Notes: generated by a model from the sequence alone, not told the origin. DNA of 64,000 nt from Bacteriovoracaceae bacterium (GCA_018649885.1 JABIHA010000084.1:62001-126000), one strand, 5' to 3'. Shown: positions 30,560 to 40,277, counted from the stretch's first letter. Made by a program: numbers and translations.

Positions 30560-31446
30560 ATGAAAGATCATCAAGCAAGCGCTACAGCGGAATCAATGGC
30601 TTTAATACGAGCATTTGAGACTCAATTTTCAAATGATATTGATGCCTTCAATGATCCCTATGCAAAAACCTTTCTATCAAAAAAATCAAAGATGTTTCTC
30701 TCTATTTGTAATCTAAGATCCATCAACTTCTTATTTTTTTTAAAAAAAATACGGAGATGTTTGCGCCTGGATTGGGTGGATATATTATCGGCAGGCATCG
30801 GCAAATGGATGAATGGTTAGTAGAGTCTCTAAAAAAAAGAGATATAGAACAAGTGGTCATGTTGGGAGCGGGCCATGATTCAAGAGTACTGAGATTTAGT
30901 GAATGCTTTGAGGGTGTGAAGGTTTTTGAATTAGATCATCCCGCTACACAAAAACGCAAAAAAGAATTATTAATTAGTAATTTTAAAAAAATTCCAGAAA
31001 ATGTAAATTATGTATCCATTGATTTATCATACCAAAAGCCACTTGATGAGCTTGTTAAAGCAGGTTTCGATTCAAATAAAAAAAATATCTTCATTCTTGA
31101 AGGTCTTATTTATTATCTTCCCGAAGAAGAAGTTAGAAAAATCTTCGAGTTTGTAAAACAAAATAGCTGTGTTGATAGCGAAATCATTTTCGATTATTTT
31201 TCAAAAGATCTTGTAGATGGAACTGGTGATATTAATGGCTCTTTTGCAATTAGATCTTCGGTTGAAAAAAGCGGGGAACCTTTCTTGTTTGGAATTGAAG
31301 AATCTAAACTTGAATGTTTCATAGAATCATTCAATATGACACTTTCAAAACGAAGTGATCACCAGGTTTTGAAAAATAAGTATTTCCAAGATAGAAAATC
31401 CAAAGTATTTTCCTTTGCCGAAATTTGCTTGGCAAAATGTAAGTGA
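30560..31446 (+). pseudogene. LCM-family SAM-dependent methyltransferase split at a T8A8 tract
   Basis: ORF1 has TAESMALIRA...DPYA; ORF2 has QVVMLGAGHDSR, FELDHP and EGLIYY. Adding 1 nt in 30734-30749 joins them. Confidence 0.8.
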
Positions 31447-31488
31447 AAATGGTGCCTGGGGAAATGGCACCATTTTTGTATTGGATTA

Positions 31489-33336
31489 CTAAATGTCATA
31501 CTCTAAGATAATGGCGCCTCCACCTTCACCAACAAAGAACAATGTTGCCACATTTGAAATCGCTAGTGATGACCCCTCTCCCTTTGCTTGGGGGATACCA
31601 TATGCTTTTACAAATTTCGCTGAACTGCCTAAGAAATTTAGACTAGTTTTAAAATTATAGGCAACTGGTGTAACTAAAAAGTCAAAATTTTCAAAGTAAT
31701 TATTCATTTCCTTTCCCGAGTTAACAAAAATGTAGCTCCCCCCTCTAGACATGGTGATGTTGTGGATAAATTCTTGATTAAAATTTTCGCCAATGCCTAT
31801 TGAGGTAAGACCAATCCCCATAGACGAATAATCTGTCACAAGTCTTAAAAGAGACCTGGGGTCTGTGACTCCTGTGTTGAGTCCGGCATCAGAAATCAAG
31901 ATGACTCTGTTTTCATATCCTGGCTCAATTCTCGATTCAACAAGCTCAAAGCCTTTTCTAAGACCCGACTCTAGGTTTGTTGAGCCTCGAGGATATATAG
32001 TATCAATCAATTTTAATATTGAGTCCTTGTTTTCAACGAGTACTGTGTCTAATAGTACACTATGTGTTGAATCAAACAAAATAATTGAGAAATAATCAGA
32101 TGGGTTGAGTTTTGCTAGTGTTTCTCGTAGAGCATCTTTCGCCCACTCGATTCGGCTTTTGGCCGTACCGTCATTTGCTCCCATAGAGCCACTTACATCT
32201 AGTACAACTGAAAGGTTCAGATTTTTCCTTTTGAAGTTTTTCTCAGTTACGCTTGAGTTCATTCCAACTTGAACGAAGAGCTTTCCTTTCTTTTGGTCAA
32301 TCAATATGGCCGGCTGAACACAAATTAATTTATCACAGCCCATATTATTTAAAGGGAGATCAAACTCACTGAGAAAGCCTTCCATTGAAAAAGTTACCGC
32401 TCTAGGTACAAGTCCCTCTAAAACAGATTTTTTTAGAGCGCCTATGTCTTGAGCTCCTCCCGCTGTTACACTTAAACCACCTGAAGGTGCAGCCGGTCTA
32501 CTGGAGCCTCCTGATCTAGATGGACTTGATGGACGGCTAGGTCTTGCTGAACGACTAGGTCTCGCTGAACGATTTGATGGACGGCTAGGTCTTGTTGAAC
32601 CCCTTGATGGTCGGTTAGGTCTCGATGGACGGCGTGTTGATCCAGATGAGGGGCGATTTGGCCTTGTTGGACGTTTTATTCTACACCGTGATTTAATTCC
32701 ACGGCCAGGAGGGTGAGTTCTCTCCCACTCAGGTCTAATAGGTCGCCTAGGCGGATTATTTTTTTTGACCTTAACACAATTAGGTTTGGGCTTAGGTCTT
32801 TGAGGTCTCCTTCTAGTAGGTGTTGGAGCTTTGGCCTTTTTCATATTCACGGCTAACTTTCTTCCAATATCTACAGTTTCAAAAAGTTTTTCCAGGTTTC
32901 CTGCAACTAATCTTTTTTCTTTTAGCTTTAATTCGATTGAATTTAAATCTCCTATCAACTTTTCTGCCACTCCAAGCCTTAACTTGTGGCAATCAACTTT
33001 TTTTGGTGGATGAACAATATCTCTAGGAAAACGTCCAGATCCCTTATTTGGCATTAAATTGCGATTCTTACATCCTTCATAATCTTGTAGTGATTTTTCT
33101 AAAACTCTGCCGAGAGATAGGGCTAGAATTGTTTTATGGATAGCAAGGTCTGAAATATAGGGACTTGACCCTTCTAAATCTTTAATCCCTGGAAGCTCAA
33201 CTAAAGTAGAGTGCCTCTCTAAGCTAATTTCATTACCAGTTTGATATTGCCAGTTAATCTCTATCTTTGATGGAGTGGCAAAGGCCAGGTTTGTAATCGT
33301 TAGAAAAAATTTGATAAGTAACAGCAGATAATTCAT
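31489..33336 (-). CDS. Secreted vWA-domain protein (YfbK-like) with Arg/Pro/Ser-rich linker
   Basis: MIDAS DVSGS, GSTNLESGL, ILISDAG; low-complexity RPSRP segment. Confidence 0.85.
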   Translation of the reverse strand: MNYLLLLIKFFLTITNLAFATPSKIEINWQYQTGNEISLERHSTLVELPGIKDLEGSSPYISDLAIHKTILALSLGRVLEKSLQDYEGCKNRNLMPNKGSGRFPRDIVHPPKKVDCHKLRLGVAEKLIGDLNSIELKLKEKRLVAGNLEKLFETVDIGRKLAVNMKKAKAPTPTRRRPQRPKPKPNCVKVKKNNPPRRPIRPEWERTHPPGRGIKSRCRIKRPTRPNRPSSGSTRRPSRPNRPSRGSTRPSRPSNRSARPSRSARPSRPSSPSRSGGSSRPAAPSGGLSVTAGGAQDIGALKKSVLEGLVPRAVTFSMEGFLSEFDLPLNNMGCDKLICVQPAILIDQKKGKLFVQVGMNSSVTEKNFKRKNLNLSVVLDVSGSMGANDGTAKSRIEWAKDALRETLAKLNPSDYFSIILFDSTHSVLLDTVLVENKDSILKLIDTIYPRGSTNLESGLRKGFELVESRIEPGYENRVILISDAGLNTGVTDPRSLLRLVTDYSSMGIGLTSIGIGENFNQEFIHNITMSRGGSYIFVNSGKEMNNYFENFDFLVTPVAYNFKTSLNFLGSSAKFVKAYGIPQAKGEGSSLAISNVATLFFVGEGGGAIILEYDI

Positions 33337-33781
33337 ATGCAGATCCTTTTTGATAGTTTTTATGTTTGAACTAAGAAGAGCTTAAATTGTTAAAAATAAA
33401 AAATAAATTTCATTATGACCCCCATCAATAATTAAAATTGAAATTCTAAAACCGACCCTAGTTTTGTTATTGAATGCAAACTATTTTAGACAATGATCTG
33501 TGTAAAGCGGGATATGTGAAAAATGGTCTGTAGGGGCCCAATGTAAGCATTTTATTCAAGCATGGTATCAAGCTGACTATAAATTCATGTTTTCCTAATG
33601 AACTTTTGAATTGGATAATCGATTGCAAGGCTCAATGAAAATAGTAAGATTAGAAAATAATTAAGTGAACAAAATGGTGTAGCAATAATTACATTAGCAT
33701 TGATCCATTTTTCTTAATGAAATATGCAAGAGGGGCACAAGAAGCAATCTATATGATTGTAGGGTTAACAACGGAGTTCAC

Positions 33782-34459
33782 ATGAAGCATATTTTTTGCC
33801 TATTATTTTTTATTTGCTCAATCTCTCATGCAGCACATACAGATAATTGTATTTATCAAGCAAGTGTTGTTGATATCGGAATCCTAGGCAGCCTTGATAA
33901 AACTTTGTCTACGAATGAAATGCTCCAAACTTTAATTTTTAAAATCGAAAATGTACATGAGGATAAAGGCGGTAGCGTCGGATGTGATCATTCCGTTGGC
34001 AGGTACCAAGCACTAACAAGTGATAAAGTTTTAGAGCTTGAGGTGGGCGATAGTGCTTTCCTTTACAATTACTACACAGTTGGTTTCAGTGGCACTAGTC
34101 TATCGCCATCCAATCTTTGGGAAATTGTCGATATATCTGAAACAAATAATGAATGTTACAGTATTAGAGATTCAGGAGGTAATCCAGTAGATGCGGTAAT
34201 TAACTCTGATGATTATAGTGTAGATGAGATCTGCGTAACTAATAAATGGAAAAAAGAAGAATCAGCAGAAGTAGAAATAGAGTTTAAACTATCAAGTAAA
34301 GTTGTGGTTAAATTAAATGCAGTTACTCAAAAGCATTCCGGTAATAAAATAAGGTTTTACCTCGTGGAGAGAGATGTATTCGAACCTGGTTCAATTAATG
34401 CCACAATTCAAAATGACAAGCTAGTTGAAATACGTTTGCCAAATGACCACGGTCTGTAA
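33782..34459 (+). CDS. Secreted hypothetical protein
   Basis: GGAG SD; signal peptide ending SHA. Confidence 0.7.
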   Translation: MKHIFCLLFFICSISHAAHTDNCIYQASVVDIGILGSLDKTLSTNEMLQTLIFKIENVHEDKGGSVGCDHSVGRYQALTSDKVLELEVGDSAFLYNYYTVGFSGTSLSPSNLWEIVDISETNNECYSIRDSGGNPVDAVINSDDYSVDEICVTNKWKKEESAEVEIEFKLSSKVVVKLNAVTQKHSGNKIRFYLVERDVFEPGSINATIQNDKLVEIRLPNDHGL

Positions 34460-34555
34460 CTGAGCTTGATAATCACTATGGCACCTGGATTTTCAGTATT
34501 GATGATAGTCGTTGTGATGAATTCCAACTCCAGATGTATGGTGTCCTTTCTGTAA

Positions 34556-35314
34556 TTATAATTTTTGTAGAATATTTGAAAATCTTCTGGCACTAACAGG
34601 TCGATCAACTAGAATCTTGCCATCTAGTAAAATGCAAAACATGCCGTACGCTGTACCTAGTGATCTTGAATTATTAGATTGGTTCAAAGTGACAATCTTG
34701 GGCTTGAATCCTAACTCCCTTGATACTTCAGCTATTTCTTTTGTCCATTTTGGGACCATCGGGCATTGGTCTGAAGAAAAAATGACTAGCCCCTTGTTAT
34801 ATTTTTTTAAGAATTTTTCATTTGGCTTTGTAAACTTTGGACTTTGAGAAGAAGCTTTAAATTTTTTAACCAAAAGATCATAACAATCCTTTGTATCTAC
34901 TAATTTAAAACCATTTGCTAGAAATAAGTTACCGTTTGCCATAAAACTTCCAGAGCTTGTAGCTACAGCAACCCCTTTAAATCCATTTTTTTTAGCATCC
35001 TTGATACAATCTTTTAATAGCAGTTTTCCGTGGCCCCTTCCCTTGTGCTTGCCAGAGGTCATAATACAGTGGATAACCATATAATCCTTGGCCTCTATGG
35101 GTCTCCATGTATTGTCCCCCGGAACGTATTCAATCATTCCAATGTCACCAAATTCTTTGGAATGTAAGATTTTAAATTTTAGTCCCTCAGAAAAACGTTT
35201 TTTAAGCCACTTTGATTTTCTGTTATGGCCTTCATTTTTGCTATCCTTGTATCCGCAAAATTGATATTCTGAAATATTTTTAGAATCAGTTGCAATTATT
35301 TCCAAGTCTTTCAT
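34556..35314 (-). CDS. GNAT acetyltransferase with YoaP-like C-terminus
   Basis: GMIEYVPG, HCI...KGRGHG and SDQCP; ATGA overlap with the upstream AraC gene. Confidence 0.85.
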   Translation of the reverse strand: MKDLEIIATDSKNISEYQFCGYKDSKNEGHNRKSKWLKKRFSEGLKFKILHSKEFGDIGMIEYVPGDNTWRPIEAKDYMVIHCIMTSGKHKGRGHGKLLLKDCIKDAKKNGFKGVAVATSSGSFMANGNLFLANGFKLVDTKDCYDLLVKKFKASSQSPKFTKPNEKFLKKYNKGLVIFSSDQCPMVPKWTKEIAEVSRELGFKPKIVTLNQSNNSRSLGTAYGMFCILLDGKILVDRPVSARRFSNILQKL

Positions 35315-36162
35315 TTTTGTGCCAGTGGCAAACAAATTTTAGTCTCGAGATCCTTTTCCTCAACTTGACTGGGGTTGTTTAAATAAATTTCAAGGCAAGG
35401 ACTATCGTCTAATCGTTCACTACTACCTGTAAGCCATATTCCAAATAGGTACTTATATGTTTCGCCGACAGTAGTATAAGCACCCTTATGGATTGCTGTT
35501 GCATATCTTTTTCCTGCAATTTCTTTGATTCCAAGTTTGGTGCCTTCTGCTGTGAAATCTTTTGGAACGCTTACACAGGCATCGTATCTAATTTTGTCTG
35601 AAGCTGTTACTTCTGGATCATCATAACAAATTCCCACTGAAACTGTTGCTTGTGTCATTGTTTGCAAAACCTTCTTAGTAGAGAATATTTCACCCCATAC
35701 TTTCCCACATTCAGTATATGGACCAGTATGTCTTAAGTAAGCCACATTCATAAGCTCTAAATTTTCAACTTTTACTTCCATTTCTTGCCTCACAAAATCG
35801 TCATGGTTTTTTTTGAATTCCATATGCAGTTCAGTTCTATTTTTTTGAAAATCACTTGGACTTTGGTCAAATTGTTTTTTGAAGGCCCGACTAAAAGCTT
35901 CATGGGACTCAAAAGCTGTGGCAAGAGCTATATCAATAATAGATGATTTAGAATGAATAAGACTTAGCGCTGCTTTATCCATCCTTGTCCTCCTGATATA
36001 TGCCTTCACAGTTTCACCTGTTACTGCCGCAAAAATTCGATGAAAGTGGTATGGTGAAAATGATGCAATCTTGCCCAACTCCTCTAGCGAGTGCTCATGT
36101 GCTAAATTATCAATAATAAAATTTTGCACCTCTTGAATTTTTTGTGTGTAATAATTTTTCAT
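35311..36162 (-). CDS. AraC-family regulator with C-terminal GyrI-like domain
   Basis: FSPYHFHRIF, FESHEAFSRAFKK, RHTGPY, YDDP...RYDAC, EIYLNNP. Confidence 0.9.
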   Translation of the reverse strand: MKNYYTQKIQEVQNFIIDNLAHEHSLEELGKIASFSPYHFHRIFAAVTGETVKAYIRRTRMDKAALSLIHSKSSIIDIALATAFESHEAFSRAFKKQFDQSPSDFQKNRTELHMEFKKNHDDFVRQEMEVKVENLELMNVAYLRHTGPYTECGKVWGEIFSTKKVLQTMTQATVSVGICYDDPEVTASDKIRYDACVSVPKDFTAEGTKLGIKEIAGKRYATAIHKGAYTTVGETYKYLFGIWLTGSSERLDDSPCLEIYLNNPSQVEEKDLETKICLPLAQK

Positions 36163-36295
36163 TGCGATAAATCTATCAAAGCGGATACGAGCAAGCTTGA
36201 TATTTTTTGCTAAATCGAGATTGCATTCCCAGTTTTGAGACACTTGGCATTAATTATTGTTCATCTGGCGATGATGGACGTTGTGTATGGTGCTA

Positions 36296-36856
36296 TTATA
36301 ATTTTAATCTCATGCAAGTAATTTTAGAGTTTTTGTCATTTTCATCACCAAATCTCTCAAATCCTAGCTTTGTAAATTGACTTAGACTACCTCTGTAGCT
36401 TCTTGCTTCATCCCACGGATCGGTTGGATATGATTCGACATATTTTGCACCGTCAAGTTTTGCTAGATTGATAACTGCTTGAATGATTTTATTCGACTTG
36501 GATTTTCCTCTAGAGCTTTCTTTAACTGCGATACATCCCATACTCCAAATATCTGAGGAGAATTCTGTTAACCTACTTCCCAGTTTTGTTTCTAAAATAG
36601 GAAATTCTGTCTTTGGTCCTGAGCCAGTCCAGCCTATTAAATCTGAGTCTTCATAAACAAGAAAACCCGTGTGAAGTCCACCATCAACATTTTTTCTTGT
36701 AATTTCTAAGTTTGGTTTGGCCTCACTGCTACATCTAGCAGACCAGGTATCATCAAGGCTTCTCCAAACAGCGCAGAAGCATCCGCCAAATTCACTACCT
36801 GAAAGAAGAGCTGAGAATTCTTCAAATTTTTTTGTGTTTAAGGGATTTAAGATCAC
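36296..36856 (-). CDS. GNAT acetyltransferase
   Basis: GGCFCAVWR, IGWTGSGP, RGKS, VESYP, LGF; GTG start overlaps the TGA of the upstream GFA gene. Confidence 0.8.
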   Translation of the reverse strand: MILNPLNTKKFEEFSALLSGSEFGGCFCAVWRSLDDTWSARCSSEAKPNLEITRKNVDGGLHTGFLVYEDSDLIGWTGSGPKTEFPILETKLGSRLTEFSSDIWSMGCIAVKESSRGKSKSNKIIQAVINLAKLDGAKYVESYPTDPWDEARSYRGSLSQFTKLGFERFGDENDKNSKITCMRLKL

Positions 36857-37296
36857 TTGGTTTCCAAGTTTTCCTGAAAGGCCTTGAAGTAAGGTTCCCA
36901 AAAGCTATCGGGTGCATCTTCTGCAAATGAAGCTAGATCATCTGTGATTGAATACCAGCAGGCCTTAGAGTCAGTATGTATATTTACTGAGGGGATAAGA
37001 TTGGGATCACCCTCGATAAGACCTGCGGGAACAATTACATGTTCTTCTTCTAAGTTGATAGAGGGAACTCTTGATCCACAAGTTTTGCAAAAGGGTCTTG
37101 GGTCTCCTTTAGCTGGTGTGAAGTTATTTATTTCTTCTTCCCCTTGGGTCCACTTAAAAAGGTTTGGTGTTGTGTGGAGGAAGGTTCCGAAGGAGGACCC
37201 GGTTGCTTTTCGGCATCTGGAGCAGTGGCAGTTGTTGATTGCTGGGAGATTGATTTAGAATTTTATTTTTTGGCAGAGGCAGGTTCCTGTGATCAT
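36853..37296 (-). pseudogene. GFA/CENP-V family protein with an in-frame TAA at codon 14
   Basis: Hand translation: MITGTCLCQKIKF*INLPAINNCHCSRCRKATGSSF...RPFCKTCGSRVP...; otherwise open for 148 codons. TAA at 37255-37257. Confidence 0.85.
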
Positions 37297-37338
37297 TTTT
37301 TAATTTCCTAGCTTTGATGGATATTTAGTATTTTGGAT

Positions 37339-37369
37339 AAAAAAAAACCACCGCGGGTTAGACGGTGGT
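37339..37369 (-). terminator. Rho-independent terminator, probably the original tRNA-His terminator
   Basis: Minus strand ACCACCG-N9-CGGTGGT followed by a long T run, just outside the distal att repeat. Confidence 0.75.
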
Positions 37370-37402
37370 CTTAATATGCTTCACTCCGAAGAGATTGACA
37401 CT

Positions 37403-37415
37403 AAAATGGGGTGGC
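37403..37415. repeat. Distal att direct repeat (duplicated tRNA-His 3' end)
   Basis: Identical to 52391-52403; 66 bp from the integrase stop codon. Confidence 0.85.
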
Positions 37416-37481
37416 CGTCGAAACGGCCGTAAATCCCCAATTTTTAAAATATTTTATTCATATCGTAGTTTTTCGTAAACA

Positions 37482-38612
37482 CTAGCCCCTATAAATGCTT
37501 ACAACTTTTTGACTCGCCTCGCCAGTTGATAATATTTGTAGTGAATCTGTCGCTCCTGACTCATCAATACCAGCTAATCTGATATATCTGGCCATAGTGT
37601 CCAGCTCCTTCCATCCACAAATTTTCATCACTGTTGCCGGTGCTACCTTGTTTTGTAATAACTGAGTAGCAAAGCAGGCCCTTAAGTCATGAAAGCGTAT
37701 AGGAGTGATTCCTATGCCCTGACAAAAGGTTTTTAGTGACCTCGCTTGGTAGCCCTGACACCAATCTCTAATTCGCGGTAAAACATGCTCTTTAGTTGAA
37801 TTATTTTTTAACTCTAAGAGCAATTCCTTTAAATCAGAATTGATCGGGATATTTCTCCAATAACCAGCTTTTGTACTTTTAGTCACACGCAATCTTTTAT
37901 TGTACGACTTTGATACTCTGATGCTGTTATTTGTGAAATCCACATCTTCCCAAGTGAGTGCAAAGAGTTCACCATTTCGACAACCCGTTAAAAGGGCCGT
38001 GGCCCAAATGGGATACCAAGGTGACTCTAACTCTCTGGCGGCATCAATCAATTTTGAAATCTCTTGGCGATTTAAAATTGTTGGCACTCGCTCAGTCTTA
38101 CGATTGACTTTGATTCCAAGTGTAGGGCTTTGGTAAACATCTCTAATAAGACCTTCTTCCATTGCCCAAGTGAAAACGCGATTAATCGTTCCTTTCATTT
38201 TTGCTTGAAAGCTTTTTGATTTGTTCGCTTCTTCAATTGACTTAAGCACATTTTTAACATCTGCTCGGCTAAAGTGTTTCGCTGGTTTGTCCCATTGATC
38301 TTTTGTCCACGTCTTAAGTGCCGCTAGATAATCGGTCAATGTTTCAATTCCTACTGGTTCAAACTTATCGACGAGTTTGTAGGCATGCCATTTCTCAACA
38401 ATTTGTCCCCAGTAAAAACCTTCACCATCAAGCTTGGCAACTTCAAGTGCACATTCTTGCAAGAGAAGTTTTTCATGTTTGAGTGCTTGTGCTTTGGATT
38501 CAAAGCCATTTTTTCTTTTTTGCTTGCGAATTTTTGAATTAACTTTGGAACGAACGCACACGAATATTTCATAATACGTTTTTCCATTTTTTTCATAACT
38601 TACAATCGACAT
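37482..38612 (-). CDS. int: Tyrosine recombinase/integrase
   Basis: TGCRNGEL (R), TKAG (K), FHDLR (HxxR), CGW and RY (Tyr); arm-binding-like N-terminus. Confidence 0.95.
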   Translation of the reverse strand: MSIVSYEKNGKTYYEIFVCVRSKVNSKIRKQKRKNGFESKAQALKHEKLLLQECALEVAKLDGEGFYWGQIVEKWHAYKLVDKFEPVGIETLTDYLAALKTWTKDQWDKPAKHFSRADVKNVLKSIEEANKSKSFQAKMKGTINRVFTWAMEEGLIRDVYQSPTLGIKVNRKTERVPTILNRQEISKLIDAARELESPWYPIWATALLTGCRNGELFALTWEDVDFTNNSIRVSKSYNKRLRVTKSTKAGYWRNIPINSDLKELLLELKNNSTKEHVLPRIRDWCQGYQARSLKTFCQGIGITPIRFHDLRACFATQLLQNKVAPATVMKICGWKELDTMARYIRLAGIDESGATDSLQILSTGEASQKVVSIYRG

Positions 38613-38893
38613 TAGATACCTCCATAGTTAATGGATGATTCTAAAAGCCGATCAAGTTCATCTCGCTTAAAGTATAATCTTCGACGCCATTTATAACACT
38701 TTATCTGCCCACGATGGACAGCTATCCGTATTGCATTCGTCGTCTTACGAAGATACTTTGCAGCTTCTTCTGTTCCTAACCATATTAAATTGTCAAAGAG
38801 CGTGTGGGGCTTAACCCCACACAGTTTTGTATCAGATTCTGTGGACTTTTCCACATTTTTCTCATCACTAACGTGATTATTCTTTTTGGCCAT
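38612..38893 (-). CDS. Excisionase-like HTH protein
   Basis: WLGTEEAAKYL...RRLYFKRDELD; AGGAG SD; TAATG overlap with int. Confidence 0.8.
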   Translation of the reverse strand: MAKKNNHVSDEKNVEKSTESDTKLCGVKPHTLFDNLIWLGTEEAAKYLRKTTNAIRIAVHRGQIKCYKWRRRLYFKRDELDRLLESSINYGGI

Positions 38894-38903
38894 GCATAAA
38901 CTC

Positions 38904-40277
38904 CTAAAAATCAATGTCGAATCCCTTGCTTCGACTCTTTTTTATATCAAGGGAATTGGATTTTGAAAGAGATTGATCAACCGTTTTCTCTATTACCTTT
39001 TTAGGTTTCATCTTTATTTTGAGTCGGTTTTTGCTCTTTTCTTTCTGTTCTTTAATTTCAAAAAGACCGCTTAAAAGGTCAAACTCTGCATCAAACAGAT
39101 GATCGATCCAGCTACTATTCCCGCTATTGTTGCGTTGGATATGATATTCACTTTGTTGTTGCTGATTTGGTGGATATAGCTGTTCTGATCGAGACTTTCC
39201 TTTAACTGTTTGCAAACTTCTTTGAGCTTTTGAACTTCGAGGTTTTCTCTTTTTAATTTGTTTATCGTGTTGTCGATGTTTACATCGAAACTCTGAGTTG
39301 CCGATTTCATTCGATCCCTCGTTCGGGCCAGTTTCATCAATTCCGAATCGATTGATTTGCTGGCCTGCTCTACTAAGGGCATTAAGTCGTTTTTGATCCT
39401 CTGAAATTGGGCCACGAAACCGTTGTCTATAAATTTTTGCAATTGAGTTGGAGTTATATCCACTCTTATTTCTTGATTTGTCTCTTTCATGTGATTGTAA
39501 ATCATCGCCTGCGCGGTTTTGGATTGTATTTCTTCCATAATTTAATTTCCTTTTAGTTAAGTTTTTCCATGAATAACTGCGCCCAAGATCACTACCTTTC
39601 ATTTTTTCCCCATTGATCTCAAAGCTAATTCCTGAAATGTGTCCAGTTTTGGATTGATTAGGAATTATTTTGACTCCATTTTCGTGCAATCTTTTTGCAA
39701 AAATATCGGCATTGGGACGATCTTCGGTTGCGCCGTCAATAATTTGTTGTAACTGCATTTTGATACTTGGTTTTCTTTCTCGTAGAACTTTGTGAAGTTC
39801 ACCTTTTGTCAGCGCTTTTTTCTCGACCTCATGACTAGATAAAGTGGGAGTGAGACCAAAATGTTTTTCTAGTCCTCGAACTACCTTTTCACTTCTTTTA
39901 TAATCTTGAGAATCGCTTACGACACTGCCATCAAGTCTAACTCTTGAGGCCACAATGTGAACGTGTTCATGCTTGGTATCGTTATGTTTAACGACAACGT
40001 ATTGTGAACCTTCAAACCCCATTTTTTGAACGTACTTATCCGCCGCCTCTTTCCATTTAGAGGTGGGTAAGTGTTCATCATGGGGCAAAGATAAACTTGC
40101 ATGATAAACAGCTCGTGTAAGCTTTGGTCTTAAAGCACGTGACACTGAGAATTCATTAGATAATTCCTTAGGATTCTCACCAAGCATATTGCCACCGATG
40201 ATGGCTGCTTCGTCTTTTCCTAGTAGATAATCTAATGTTCCTCGAAAACCAGTACCCTTAACTTGATTCGCTATCAA
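38904..40277 (-). CDS. MOB-P (VirD2/MobA-type) relaxase
   Basis: GFRGTLDY (catalytic Tyr), VYHASLSLP, HNDTKHEHVHIVASR (3H motif). Confidence 0.92.
   Translation of the reverse strand: MIANQVKGTGFRGTLDYLLGKDEAAIIGGNMLGENPKELSNEFSVSRALRPKLTRAVYHASLSLPHDEHLPTSKWKEAADKYVQKMGFEGSQYVVVKHNDTKHEHVHIVASRVRLDGSVVSDSQDYKRSEKVVRGLEKHFGLTPTLSSHEVEKKALTKGELHKVLRERKPSIKMQLQQIIDGATEDRPNADIFAKRLHENGVKIIPNQSKTGHISGISFEINGEKMKGSDLGRSYSWKNLTKRKLNYGRNTIQNRAGDDLQSHERDKSRNKSGYNSNSIAKIYRQRFRGPISEDQKRLNALSRAGQQINRFGIDETGPNEGSNEIGNSEFRCKHRQHDKQIKKRKPRSSKAQRSLQTVKGKSRSEQLYPPNQQQQSEYHIQRNNSGNSSWIDHLFDAEFDLLSGLFEIKEQKEKSKNRLKIKMKPKKVIEKTVDQSLSKSNSLDIKKSRSKGFDIDF
39071..39538 (-). CDS. Overprinted ORF in an alternative frame of the relaxase (coiled coil plus C-terminal TM; MobB/MbeB-like arrangement)
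   Basis: AAGGA SD, ATG 39538, 155 aa, hydrophobic tail ATIAGIVAGSIICLM. Confidence 0.6.
   Translation of the reverse strand: MEEIQSKTAQAMIYNHMKETNQEIRVDITPTQLQKFIDNGFVAQFQRIKNDLMPLVEQASKSIDSELMKLARTRDRMKSATQSFDVNIDNTINKLKRENLEVQKLKEVCKQLKESLDQNSYIHQISNNKVNIISNATIAGIVAGSIICLMQSLTF

Noticed and set aside
33732..33746. GGCACAAGAAGCA as a sigma54 promoter
   Set aside because: GG-to-GC spacing is 8 nt, not the required 10.
36944..37258. 104-aa plus-strand ORF
   Set aside because: Antisense shadow of the GFA pseudogene on the minus strand.
37403..37430. Possible second tRNA at the distal att
   Set aside because: Only 9 nt of the tRNA 3' end plus a small hairpin; no D or anticodon arm.
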